DNA of 64,000 bases from Parasitella parasitica NRRL 2501 (lineage: Eukaryota > Fungi > Mucoromycota), in NCBI GenBank assembly GCA_025201805.1, contig MU619317.1, forward strand, positions 1-64,000, given 5' to 3'. Below, in pieces: positions 49,001-62,200 of this stretch. The position numbers and the translations under genes are program-made. The notes below the pieces were generated by a model that ran no database searches, was not told the origin of the DNA, and saw nothing but the letters and a program-made list of their open reading frames with translations. Each line of letters opens with the position of its first letter. Within the stretch, counting starts at the first letter, position 1.

Positions 49001-52000
49001 CAAATGCGAACAAGGCGCCCTGTCTGTATTCATAAGCACGCTTATTGTCAATGGCATCTCTTAAATTGTTCATCACGTTGCACTCCTTCAAGGCAGTAAT
49101 ACCACGACCCTTGACCACACCAGCAAGACCATACGCAGCACCGCGACGATGAGCATACTTTTCGCCCTTGAACAGCTTATTTAAAAGAGCCTTGATAAGA
49201 CGTGGGACTTCATCCTTACACATCTTGATGAGAGGGGGGAGGCAGTCTGCAACGGCGCTTTGTACCGTTTCTGATGGCGTATCTAGCGTTTCAATCAGCT
49301 TTTCGACTGCAGTGTTAACTTTTTCATCACCAGGAGACAAGTAGCCAGCGGCACCACCGTAAAGGATAACGGCAGCTTGACGAATATGATCTTGCACATC
49401 GCTATTGTCCGTTGGAGAGTTCAAATAGTTTTCAAATGTCTCCAGAAATTCGTTGACATCCGCTTTACCATAGGCACCGATGACAGCCAAGCCCGCAGCG
49501 AGCATTTGCTTGCGCACTTGCTCATTGCGATCTCCCAAAGCCTGGTCATTAATCAAGAACTTACAGAAGCCAGAGGCATTTTCGAGCTGCATAAAAGGTG
49601 CAACTGCCTTTAATGTAAGTGCTATGCCAACACGAGCTTCCCAAGGATCAACACGATCAAGAGTCTCTGGGATAACCATACCATACTCGTCGTATTCGGG
49701 ATCAAGAGGAGCCGCCAATTTTTTGTATTTGGCGTAAATAGCTTGAAGAGTGTCATAGACAGCTTCAGGATATTCCTCAACGGCTTCGGCAAGAGCTTTG
49801 CTAGCGGCTTGGCGAACATAATTGCTGTCGGATACAACATAAGCTAGTAATTGGTCTCGGAAATCTTCATCAATGTCCATGGCATTGTCTTCCCATTGTT
49901 GCTTGGCCAACTTTGCATTGGACTCATTTTCATCATGACATGCAACCCAGAGCTGAGGAGAGTAGTCAAGGTCTGTCAGATCCAAGAACTCCAGACCGTG
50001 AAGAGCAGCAGTGCGCACAAGCACTTCAGAAGACAAAAGGCCTTGAAGAAGAGTATTGGTCTCATGTGGAGACACAGAATCCGCCATGGCCTCACAAAGC
50101 GTGACAAGAGATTTCTTTGCATTCTTGCTACTGACAGGATATTTCTTGATACTGAGCAGCAAAGTCTCGATCATTTTATTGCGTGGCATCATGAGGGAGC
50201 TGCCAAATGTACAATGAAAGCTGATGATATCGATTGACATGGCAATTTGCTCTTGAGCAGCCTCGTCATTCTTGCTGCACTCGATAGCGCCTTGCTCAAT
50301 GACTTGATAAAGGACGGGGAAGATATAACCAAAAGACGAAGGAGGTAACGGGCGTCCTTCAGTGATAAAGCGCAGACGATAGAGCACGCGGGAAACGAGG
50401 GCACCAAGAGGCTCATCCAACCAGCGAGAAGGAATAGGGTGAATATTGTTGCAGCGAAGTGCAGCCAATGCAATAGCATCACGAGTAGGCTGAATATCCT
50501 CAACAATACAATCGCCCAATTGGCGGTACGTGTCTACCAACTCATCACCCACCAAAAGACCAACGTTGTGCTTGCCTGCGTCGAGCAACATGCGGATAAG
50601 ATCAACGAGATATTCCTCTGCACCTTTAGCATTGCCAGTGACTAAAGCGCGAGTGACGTCCAACCCAAGTGTCACCTTTTCAAAGATGGATTGCACATTT
50701 GCACGAACAGCAGCTTCCTTCTTTAGTTGCGTGTTGACAGCAAGTTGCTCTTCCTTGGTCAACTTGGGTGCTACTCCGTTCTTCTTGGCAAGTTCAGCAC
50801 GGACATCTTCTTCCCAATCTTCGTCTCGCTTGCCTTTTCTATTTCGATTTTCGCTCTTTTTATCGTTCTTGAGAACATTTACAAAAGCGGTATCGCCGGG
50901 GCACTTCCAGATGTTGCGCTCTAAATCTCCAATGTCCTTCATCAAATCTGGCGCCAAGTTGTCGTTTGCGAATTCAATGAATTCAGGGATAGAATCTGGC
51001 GAAATGAATGCCAATGTAGAGATGGCAGACAGTGCAGCCTTGTAGAAAAGTTCAGACTACAGATATTTATGTTAGATGCCATTGAACAATTCTACTGGAA
51101 CATATCGACTAACCTCCTTACGGGCTGCAAGCGAGCTCTTCAAAATATCCAAAATCATGCAAGCTTTATCTCGGACCAGCTTTCCAGGATCCAGGTTGGC
51201 ACGCTGAACCAGTGTAATCCAGTTATATTTGTTGGTGGGAGAAGCAATGTACTCATGGTGAGCCAAGATCATCATATCAATCAGCTCCATGCCCTTGATT
51301 GATTCAGCAAGAGCTTTATCATAAGATGTAATAGCATTCAATACAGCAGCAAGACGGAAGGTTGCGGTTTCCTTGTTATAAACATCGGCATTGACAGCAG
51401 ACACAGCAGTGGAATCTTTGGTGTTATTCTCTATGTCTGAAAGCCATTGCTTGATAGCCTGCTTCATGAAATGACCGAGCTTGATGGGCTCTGCGGCAGC
51501 TATGCTGGATACTTCTTGAAATGCAGACCTACGGACAGTATGTTCAGGATGACTAGTAATGATCCAAACAAGAGCTTGAGCAACCAAATGGCCAGCGCCG
51601 GTCTTTTCCAAAGATTCTTGAGTCTCCTCTATGAAAACGCTGGTTAACGCTCTAACTAGCCAAAGTCCTTCTTCGGCGGTCAATGCCTTTGTATAAATGC
51701 GATCCCATAACAAATAGCTCGGCTTGGGTTGGGCAACCAGCAACTGAGAAGGGTACTTTTGAGTCTTTAAGAGCTCAACGACAGACTCGGGAACAGTAGG
51801 CCAGTGTTGAATACGACCAGAGATGATGGAAATCATAACGTAAGCTTCAACAGGCCCGTCTTTCCACATGAGAGGTTTGTCCACCATCTGGTTGAAAGTC
51901 TTGAATAAAGCTTGAAGATATTTGACAATGTTGGCACTCAACGTGGCACTTGTGCGATCCTTGTGATCCCAGACAGTGGCACCAACAGCAGTGGCCCAGC

Positions 52001-53660
52001 TCTTTCTAGCTAAGGGCTTAGCAGCCTTCAAACCATCAGTGGATGTCTTGACAGCTTTGTCGATAAATTCCTTGTTGGCGGAGCAAAAATCATCGTTGTA
52101 GATCAATGCAGTCAAATGTCTACCAACACCGTCCACTGCAGCAGCCATGGCTTGTTCATGAGCTTCCTTGGCAATCATTGTAAAATAACCTTCCAAAGCC
52201 TTTTGGCTAACAGTAGGCTCTGTAGCTTGAGCAAGAGACGATAAAGCATTGTACATGATGACACGATGCTCCCATGAATTGACCTTGCCACTGATCAAAA
52301 GCTTGGTTACGCCTTCAGTTACCTTTATTAATGAATCTGATTCATGGCAAGAAACTGCCAATGCTTCCCATAATGCCTTGGCTCCCTTAACAGTTGCGGC
52401 TGAAGTTGATCTTAAATGATTGAGAAGAGAATCTAACCATTTTGAAGCGAAAACCGTTGAAGGGTCAAACGAAAATGCAGGCGTAATGTGAGACAAAGCT
52501 GTTGCCACAAAGCATCCCAGATCAAATCAGTAAACTGCTAATTAATAGAATTTTGCCAAAGCTCTTACCTAGCAATACAACTTCAGGGGATCTCAGCATC
52601 ATTTTATCGAGGATTGGTAAATATTCCGCTTCAAACTTTTCTTTTGTGATGATTTGAGAGATGAAATCGTTGAATGCGTCCAGTGCAGCTGGATGAACAG
52701 CAGCTCTGGAGGAAACAACATTCTTGAGGTAGTATTCAGTTAAGCGAGGCTCTGCATTTTCAATCATTGATTTTCCATCAGAGCGAGTCTTTAAGCGCAA
52801 ACTAACATCGATCATAATTCCAAGCAAAACTGCATTTCTGTACGAAGGGGTGCATGTCTGGGCATTGGCAAGAGCGACATCAATCATGACAGGAATAGCG
52901 GCGGCATTGAATCGAATAGCACGTCTTGTATCAGCAATAGCGCTCTTGCTAATACTCTTTTTACAATCATCCACTAATGAATCAATCAAAACTGCTTGTG
53001 CATTTAAAATAGTCGTAAACATGGCGTTGGATCGAGCAGCTTCTGTTGTAACCTCCTTTAAAACACATGCAACTAAAACATTGACCCAGTTTAGCAGAAT
53101 AAGACGACTAGAAGCGGGGGAGACGCATTCACTATTATACAAAATAAAAAATAAAAAAGGAAAGATGTGTTAGTGTTGGATTGTTGAGGCTGCGCCACTC
53201 CTGTCAGGGCCACACTGTCAGGGCCATATTTTGTGTTCTCTCGAGATATACTATACATTACCCTGCAGAATTGCGTTTACCAGACTTCTCGGCCTCTCTA
53301 GAAATGACTGGAACAAACACTTTTAGAAATACGGGAGCGTTCCAGTTGTTGAGCTCCTTGATAACTTCGATGATGGCCATACGTGAAGCTCTGTCGTTGT
53401 AACGCGAAATTGTGAGAAATATCAAATGTAATAAGGAGGGAAGTGCTTCCACAGGCAAATCTATCAGAAAATTTTGTCAGCATCAGAAAGTGTAGAGATC
53501 TGCTCAAAATGTTACCCTTTCTGCGAAGTCTAATTAGCAAGGAATGGTTCAAGAAATCAAGTCTGTCAGAGACACCAGAGCAAGTAATACTAGTTACCGC
53601 TCTTGTCTTTATAAACTCTGGCCATCCAAGTTCGCCTTTATTCTCTTGTGGTTCTGCCAT
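46051..53660 (-). CDS. GCN1: Translational activator Gcn1 (HEAT repeats, eEF3-like region; multi-exon)
   Basis: [117 protein letters not shown]. Confidence 0.97.
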
Positions 53661-54137
53661 GAAGAAATATCACAAAGAGCTCTAGCTTTTTTCTTATATA
53701 AAGTTTAAAGGGAAAAAAGGTTGCCTAGTGTAAATTTTTTCTATGTCTATTTATGAAACACACCTAAAACTGCGGCTACAGTACCGTAGCATTTGTGTTG
53801 CAACAGAAAAGCCGGACCACGGTCACGAGAGAAACAGTTACGGTACAATTGATGGTGCAGTGTTTAAGCCAACGTTACTACTGTATCTTAAAAAATATCT
53901 TGATGCCACTAAGAGATGGACCATTTGGCATCAAAAATAGTGTATGCTTCTATACGATTATAAATTTAAAAACGATCAGGTTTATGTATGATGGTGGTAT
54001 ATCTCGGTTTTCCTCCATAAAGCTTCAGAATTTTTTTTTAAATTTTATTGTGGAAGCTTGGGATTTCACTTATAGACAATCTCACTATTCTATCTCTACA
54101 ATAAAACACAAAATTCTGATAGATATTTATTCAACTT

Positions 54138-54290
54138 TCATCTTAATTCTAGTTCTTTGCTAATGCGTCTTTTCCAAAAGCTTTCAGAGTGTCGTATCCA
54201 ACCTTGGCAGTCTTCAACAGCTATAGTGTTGCAAGCATCTCGAATCAGATCCGAAAGCTGAGCATCCTTTTCCAAAATAAACTGACATTG
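54138..54290 (-). mobile_element. C-terminal remnant of another IS630/Tc1-like transposase
   Basis: LSDLIRDACNTIAVEDCQGWIRHSESFW…KEL, comparable to the terminal helix (VSAENRQGWVNHSMQFF) of the neighbouring transposase. Confidence 0.65.
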
Positions 54291-54417
54291 CTTCACGTCA
54301 ACCTTTATGCGCAATGTGCAAATATCACTTTCCGAACCAAATTTTTTTCCGACCGGGTACATGTGGGGCCAAAAAAATCCTTCACGACAGACTTTTCCGT
54401 TGTACTTATTTATCACT

Positions 54418-56815
54418 ATGGATATACAAAACGAATACAGCGAGTGTAAATTCAATACGGCAACAGAAGGCTCCAAAGTTTTCTTCTCATCAAACCCTAT
54501 GAAGGACTGGTGCTTTGAAAAATATTTTTTTTCAACATGTTATACAAATAAATTGAAAAACTATAATCGTATTGTTTATGACTATTCTCACAGTCTTCAT
54601 CGAGCTGAATGAAGTACCGGATTTTGGTCAAAAAAAAAAAAATTAAAATTGAGCAAAAGCCATATTTTATTTCGTCAGTTTCCAAACTTGATTTCGTCAA
54701 GATGTAATAGTGATGAGCAGTTCGTCATTAAGATGGCACTTTTTCCAATGTGTTCTTTTCAGTGTTACCATACCAGTGTTTTTATTTAAAAGGATTTGTT
54801 CTTAGAGTTAATCTCTCTCTTTCTCTACTTTCAACATTAATTTTTAAGCTTACAAAATGGTTACTACCCGCAGAACTTCAAACGAAAACATCAATAAGCA
54901 AAAGTCTCCCTCAAGAAACCATCATAGGGGTCCAAGAGGAGCATACAAAAAGCCCTCTCAAGAATTAAGAGATCTGGCTATCCAATATTGTGATACGATG
55001 AGCGATAAGACAATCTCTCAGGCTGCTAGAGAACTGGGTGTCAGTCGCGCTACCCTTAGTACCCAGGTAAATCTTTACAGGCAGGAAGGTCGTAGTGAGC
55101 CCTTGAAAAGAGGAAGAAGAAAGGGGTAAACTACCAAATTCAATGACGATCATCGGCTGTTTTTATAAAAAACTCTTGACGAGGATTGCACCCAAACGCT
55201 TGAAGTGTTAAGAGAAAAGCTAATGAGCAGCTTTTCTGATCTGGCAGCGAAGAAAATCTCAGTCAGCGGCCTTTGGAGATTTCCTGTAGAGCACATTGGC
55301 TATACTCTAACTCGCGTCAAGCCTGTTGAAGAGCGAAGAAACATAGCCCCCACAATCGAGGCCAGATATGAGTATGTCAACAAGTTGTTGACAAAAGGCA
55401 TTGCATACAACAACAATTGTATCTTTGTCGATGAAGCTGGTTTTAATGCCAATTTGGTTCGTGGGGTTGGATACTCTAAGAAAGGGAGCCAGAGCGTTGT
55501 GGTCACGCAATCCAAGAGGGCTGAACGTCTCCATTCTTGCAGCCATTTCGTATCACGGCGTTGATGAAGATGTCTCTGTCAAGAAGGTCCAAGGAGGTAC
55601 AACTGGCGAGATCTTCAAGGAGTTTATCCAAGGCATTATCAAGAAGTTGGATGATTCTGGGGCTGGTTCATACCATTTCGTCATGGATAATGCCTCCATC
55701 CACAAGGCACCCATGGTAAAAGAGTTGTTCAAGAACTCTCAGCACCAAATGTGCCTTTTGCCACCGTACTCTCCCTTCCTCAACCCGGTTGGGGAATGCT
55801 TCTCAAAGCTAAAGACTTTAGTCAGAAGAAATCCTGGTATGAGAGGTACTCATGTTTTCGTTGAGCACATAAGGAAGAGTACTTATGAAGTATCTGCTGA
55901 AAATCGCCAAGGATGGGTCAACCATAGCATGCAATTCTTTTCCCAGTGTACTGAAAAAAAACGAGATTTATTAAAATCATAATTTGACGAAATCAAGTTT
56001 GGAAACTGACGATATAAAATATGGGTTTTGCTCAATTTTAATTTTTTTTGATGAAATTTAAACCAAAATCCGGTACCAGAAGAAGTCAAAAACTATTGCT
56101 CCTTTTTGTTGAATGAGATTGTAAGTAAACTTTTTTTTGATAAAATTTCATACTGATTCATTTTTTATAGCCTAGCAAAGCAAAGTTGAAAGTTATTGCT
56201 TCGAAGCCAGCGAAGAAGAGACGTCTTAATATTAATTACGGTGCTCAATTATTGTTTGGAGATGGTAACACGGTTACCAATCCAACCATTAATTACAATG
56301 TAATATACTTTTACTTTATAAATAATTGAATTGAATATAAAAATTAAATATTTTTTACTTTTTAAGGTCGAGAAGCAGAAAGAGGAGGACCAAGAAAAGC
56401 AAGGAGAAGATGAAAAGAAGGAAGAAGGAAATGAAGAACATGCTAGTTTTTGGAAAGATTGGATTAGATTTTTAGAAAACAACCAAAATTTTCATCCCTA
56501 TAGGTAATCACACCCTTTATTTTCTTGTCAAGAAAGAGAAAACTATATCACCACCATCATTTTTTGGTAGTCCTGAGAATCACAGAACTTGTTCGAATGT
56601 CATTACCAACTAAAAAACCCGATCTTTTAAATTTAATTGGTGGACAATTGGACAATTTAATCTTCATTTCATCCGTACACAAGATCCATTGCCTCCCATC
56701 AAACCAAAATCTTTCTGCGCTTAAATGTGCTACTTTGTCAAGGTCGTATTTGGAAAACGTCAAGGGAAAAATGGCACCACGAAAACGCCAATGCTCATTA
56801 ACCCTGGATAATTAA
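54418..56815 (+). pseudogene. Decayed multi-exon gene interrupted by the transposon at a TA inside an exon
   Basis: MDIQNEYS…FFSSNPMKDWCFEKYF. The empty site reads ELNEV|PEEVKNYCSFLLNEI then GTAAGT. Later exons give FWKDWIRFL…FHPYSPENH. Frameshifted and truncated. Confidence 0.5.
54617..56073 (+). mobile_element. Full-length but inactivated IS630/Tc1-like transposon, long (about 85-90 bp) TIRs, TA duplication
   Basis: TA|CCGGATTTTGGT…ACCAAAATCCGG|TA; TIRs at 54617-54700 and 55984-56073. The transposase (54857-55982) is in frameshifted pieces with FVDEAGFN, VMDNASIH and PPYSPFLNPVGECF, where the catalytic E at spacing 34 is replaced by G. Confidence 0.93.
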
Positions 56816-57140
56816 GATTGCCTCACAGAAATGTGTTTTTTTTTAAGTTTCGACCATCCGTATATGCCCATGTAGCCTTTTTTATCCAATTTATACCTTA
56901 AGATATGTACGTAAAAAAATAAAAATGTTCAATATCAAAAAAAAAATCTTTTAACCACGAAAAAAAAATTCGCGGATGCTTAATGGTACAGTGAAGGAAA
57001 AAATAATTTTTTTTCACACTCTTACATACTCAAAAATGATGACGCAAGTCTTTTTCAAATTCAGCATCATCATGTGATGTTCGACCGTATATCTATTTTA
57101 TATATTTTTCAGGACGTGTTTACACTTTAATCTAGGTAAT

Positions 57141-57546
57141 CTACCATAATTATATATAGGAGATCATGGCAATGTACTTCAATTGAGGATTGAAGATTGT
57201 CCAATGATGTGATGTGGTACGCTTGTGTAAATTGGAGAATAAAATTTCTGTTTCAAATCAAGAAGGTTATTCCTGTAAGTAACACAGATCTGAGCACCAG
57301 GATAAAAAGGTTAAGGCACTGACAGATTAAAGACGCGTAGCCCTTTTGTTGTATAACCTCATATCGTACCCTGCCAAGTAGATTGTCACTGTGAATTAGT
57401 CTTGTCAATTAGTAATCTAAATAAGTCATCATAAATATATGTAGCTGTAAAAAGTATAAATAGCAGATGCAATTTCGATTTTAAATAAAGTATCCTAAAG
57501 TTTTCGTATCTCGTTGACCTCTGGTTTCATCTTTTTTGTTTCCAAC
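57141..57546 (+). repeat. Dispersed repeat module A, copy 2
   Basis: Direct, diverged copy of 6013-6419. Confidence 0.9.
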
Positions 57547-57547
57547 A

Positions 57548-59011
57548 ATTAGACTATGGGGTGCCTTTTGATTACATATTTGCATAGTTTTGAGCAAGTT
57601 TTCGTACTTTTCAAGCTGACACCAGATGAAGGTAGCGACTTTTTTGACTTTTTTTTTTTCGGAAAAGTATTTTTCAAAATCGGAGCGTGGGATCATCAGG
57701 CTAGATACAGACATGCAAGTACTACCATTAGAAAGCCAAGGAACACACCATTTAAATAAATTAAACTGAAGCTATTTTTTGTTGAATTGGGTAAGCTATG
57801 ACTTCTCAAAGATAATACTTTCTTAAAAAAAACACCATTTTTTTTTGTTAGCGGAGATTAAACGCGTCCGAAATCAGGAAGGCAAAAATTCTTTCAAAAA
57901 CTCCATTTGGACAATTAGAAAAACAAATTACTCCTTTAAGGCAAGATAGCATCCTCTGATATTATGCATACCACGGCTGTCAGTCTATGATAATAGTTGT
58001 ATTTTTGGACGCTCTACACGATGATATCATTTCATAATTCCCGTATACTTATGGTGTGAATTATGTATAGAAAGCTTCAAAAACTAATCAAGAGAAAAAG
58101 TCAATATTTTGCTTAATAAAAGCGTATTTTCAGTCTCTCAGATCAAAGAATGGTCTCTTACGATCATTTTTCTCCAATATATGTTATAGTAAAAAGTTTC
58201 ATTTTTGAGGTCAAAATCGAGGATAATGCATAATCGATGATTTTGAATGGGTGGATACAAGGAAAAAATCGAAAAAATCCGACAGTTTGCATCGAAAAAA
58301 AAATCATGCTCAAATTGCACCAAAATTATATATAGTGTAGTTCCTTCGCACTGGATACTATTTTTGATGTTTTCAGGGCTCTTTTGATTATGAAAATCAA
58401 TCGAAAAATGGCACACAAAGCTAAAGTTCTTGCATTTAAGCTGTAAAACATATCTTTCTAGAGGTGATATCACGTCAATATCAATTCTAGTACATGACAC
58501 AGCTCTATTCAGTAAGTATTTTTTGATGCTACAAGTACATCTTTATTCATAGTAATAGGATCAAACAGGCGTGGCTCATTAAGTTGGGAGCAGAAGAGAA
58601 TAATTAATGAATACAGTTTTCTGCTGCAACTACCTCTTGTTATTTGCGAATTATTCAAAAATTGCTAATTGATAGTGACAGAGAGGTCCTATTACTATTG
58701 TTGCTTATAATAATGCTAGACATGTAAAATAGAAAGTAGAATAGAGGTTAGGATTGAGGTTGAGGGTAATTTTACTAACAAAAGTTAAGCTTCATAATAT
58801 ATCAAATTCTGAATAAGGTGGTATAACTCGCTATACCTAACACATTTTTGTACACCATCCTGTCCGTTTTAACGAGTCCCGACTGTATCTTCATTCCTTG
58901 ATATTGGATATCATGCTGACTTGACTCAAACAGATGCAACATAAAAATGATAATGTAAAGATTTTAAAAATAGAGATTGTCATTTGCTCGAATATGCTAT
59001 GATTTTCAAAA
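57548..59011 (-). repeat. Dispersed repeat module B, copy 2 (inverted)
   Basis: Reverse complement of 35836-37378. The short ORFs 36615-36800(+) and 58138-58500(-) translate almost identically. Confidence 0.93.
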
Positions 59012-59239
59012 GAGAAAACAGAACGAAATGGTTGGTTTATTTAAAACTATTATCTTGGGTCATAAAAAAAAAAAAGGGCATATAATTTATTCTGAACGAA
59101 TGGTAATGTGATTATTTACAGCGATAGAAAACAAACCGGATTTTGGAGGAAATATATAAAAGAAAAGAATGGAAAGAGATGCAAATATGGACAAAGGAAG
59201 GATCGGATAGGAGAGGTATAAGTTACGGTATCATAGTCA

Positions 59240-62200
59240 TCAACGTAAATCGTAATGTCTTTCACTTTCAACAGGGTTCAAATCATCCATGAATTCATCC
59301 AATCTCGAAACAATGTGCTATTTTGTTGAAAAGGGAGTTAGACTTTGGTTGTCAAATTTGGTACAAAAAAAAAAAAAAGAAAAAGACCACTTACATTCTT
59401 TAAGCCACGAGCGTTTTCATAGGTACTGTATCGATCCATCTCCTTGGCATTTGCTTGAGATTGGATCAGATCATCAATCAGGTCATTGACATCCAGTTTT
59501 AATCGTGTAAAATCAGAGGAGATGGAGTCACTTGCGCTATGAGTAAGGCTGCGAGGAGGAAGAGTAGGATATTGCTGCTGATGAACAGTAGGTACGGGAG
59601 GTTGATTGTAGAACGACTTGGGAAGAGGAGCAGAGCTACGGTAAGCACCAACAGAAGCCCCAGAGGCAGCCGAAGATCTTCTAGACCGATCTATGGCATT
59701 CATCAGCCTTTCGTCTGAAGAGAAGCTGTGGTTGCTGCGAATAGAGCCGTATCTGTCATGTTGATGATTAAATTGAATGTTTCCATCTTCCAAATAACTA
59801 CGAATGCTGCTGCCATAACTACTGATGGAATTGTAAGGAAGGCCATTGGGGGCGCCACCACCACCGCTGCCACTTGTAGTAGTAGTTGTGCTATTTGCAT
59901 CACTTGAAAATGGAGACAGCACACCGCATCGAGGATCTACCGTTGAGGTAGCCATTGAGCCTGCAGTAACAGGGCTTGTCTCATTTGAGGAAGACGAGAA
60001 CGACGCAAAGCTATTGTGACTTGCACGGCTAGTAGGCCGTGGACTCAAATCCTGAGGCGATTGACTAAATAGCATGGCGTCAAGATTATTGTAGCTTTGT
60101 ACAGAGCTTCTACGACGATTGTAAGGGTGAGGACGGTTATAAGAGTTGTCTTGGTAGTGATTACTACCGCTGTAGAGGATATCCTCTGCTGAGTGTTGGC
60201 TGCTGGGTTTCGGCGACTGATTAAAACCATCAATGAAATGGGTATCATCACGAACAAAGATTTCAGAGGGGTCGGCGTTGTGATAGTGATGAGGCTGTGC
60301 AGCTGCTGCTGTATCAATCCTTGCAGGGTAATAGTGTGGGCCGCGTGTTTTAACTTCCTCCACCGCAGTAGCGCTGTAGTTTCCATTTGCATACACATCC
60401 GATTGGCCTCGGAACTCGTCTTCCTGATGTTTGTTTATAGTGGCTACTTTAAATATGGGATCAGGCACATGTGATGCGGTTTCTACGTTTTCATAATGCT
60501 CTTCGGTAGAGTATCTTCTTGTTGGGGACGATGATCTGGATCTATTGAAAATCTTGCCGAGACTCATGTTGCTCGCAACTCGAGTAAGAGACTTTGATCT
60601 TGACCGAGATCTTGCTCGGACGCGAAGCAGGTCATCATTGATGCGAGAAAACGCCTCTGTAGCCCTCAATCGTCGCTCATAAAAGAACACTGTCAAGAAA
60701 GGAAAGGCAGATTAGTAATGTGGATAGTACATAACGAGCAAAACAAGCCTACAGTTATTCCAAAGGGTATCGATAAAATCGAGCGTGTTGCTGTTGTTAC
60801 GATGGAGATGGCTGCTGCTGCCGACAATTTGCTCGTACTCTATATCACGACTCCTTTCACGGAGAGGGATCAAGCTTGTTCTTGCGCGAATAGTCAATTT
60901 GTAGCCGCCAGACACATGTCCATGGACGAGAACCAGCACCCAGACATCATCGTTAATCAAAGCATTAATATCTACAAGCGTTTCTTGCAAATACACGACT
61001 AAAATATGGTTCTTGAACTCGGCTTTTCGATAAGATTCTTGGTCAGAGAAGATCTGAGCGTAAGCAGGTAGTTTAAACTTGTCTTCGTAATACAGCTCAT
61101 TTCCTGCAGTGTCTAATTGATGCGGATGTTGATATGATGCAATAATATTTAGACGCTGCTATAAATACCCATACCTTTGATGTTTGATAGAGCACGCTGG
61201 TTTTGACACAATTTGATTAGGTCTGCTTTGGCTGAAATGTGGTCTTGAAGCGACTTGTTTGACCGCGTTGTATTTGGGATGATAGAGTACAGTCTGTCGC
61301 TTCGCCTAAAGTACTCTTCGCACTCTTTTTCCGTTGCATTAGGACTCACGTCTGGAAGACAAGTCCTCAAAAAGAATGTATCAGGACGATCTACATGTAA
61401 AAAAAAACAAACATTTCGGACCGAAGGATTATTACACAAGGGTAGCACAATGTGAAAAGCCGACTCTTTTTTTTTTACCTTTCAAGCCCTCAAAGATTTC
61501 AACTGACCGTATATCTGCCCACCCTTTAAACTCCAATGGAAGGCCATTGTAGGCCTCTTTGGCCTTCTGAAGCATGCTGTTCGAGGAGGTATCTTTGACT
61601 TTTTCTTCAATCTTTTCCAGGTAGTCTTTGCCCTGCAGGTTGTAATTCTTTCTCTTGACAACCATGATTTTGTCTGTGAATACCAGCAATGTCACTGGCC
61701 TGCTTGTCTTGCCTGACTGCAGAGACAATTCGGTTGCATCAAAATAACCTAGTAATTGACGAGTTTGGATCAAGGAGGCCTACAAAACGGTGTGCGTTGG
61801 CTTGTGCTTGTGCTTTTTTTTTTTTTTTTTCTCCATAAAAGTGTACTTACTGGTGCGTCCCGAATGAGGTGATACAAATTAAGCAGAGATGATTCACCAT
61901 ATTGCATGTCATTAATGCTAGAGACTTTGGCATTTGCCTGTTTCAAGTAGTGGTTATCAATGTCATTTGGGCTCAAATGATCCATAATGAGTCGGATCAT
62001 CAAATTATATCTTGTCATGCGCTGGATGGGTTGAATCAAAATGTCACTCATACCGAGATTCCCTTTCAATTCCTGATTGAGTAGAAATCTAGAATAGTTT
62101 TTGTTTTGCTTGATATTTTGCGTGTGGCATGTCAGAGAATTTGCTTTGCCTAAAAAAAAGACTCTGTAGCAATCAAAAAACTCAAGCTAGATGTGTGTAT

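Noticed and set aside
46340-51647. Many plus-strand and alternate-frame ORFs over GCN1
   Set aside because: Shadow ORFs of a codon-biased conserved gene, with no recognisable motifs.
35836-59011. Giant composite transposon mobilising GCN1/MOB2
   Set aside because: No TSD or matched termini, the arms are diverged, and the enclosed genes are ordinary housekeeping genes. Independent insertions are more parsimonious.
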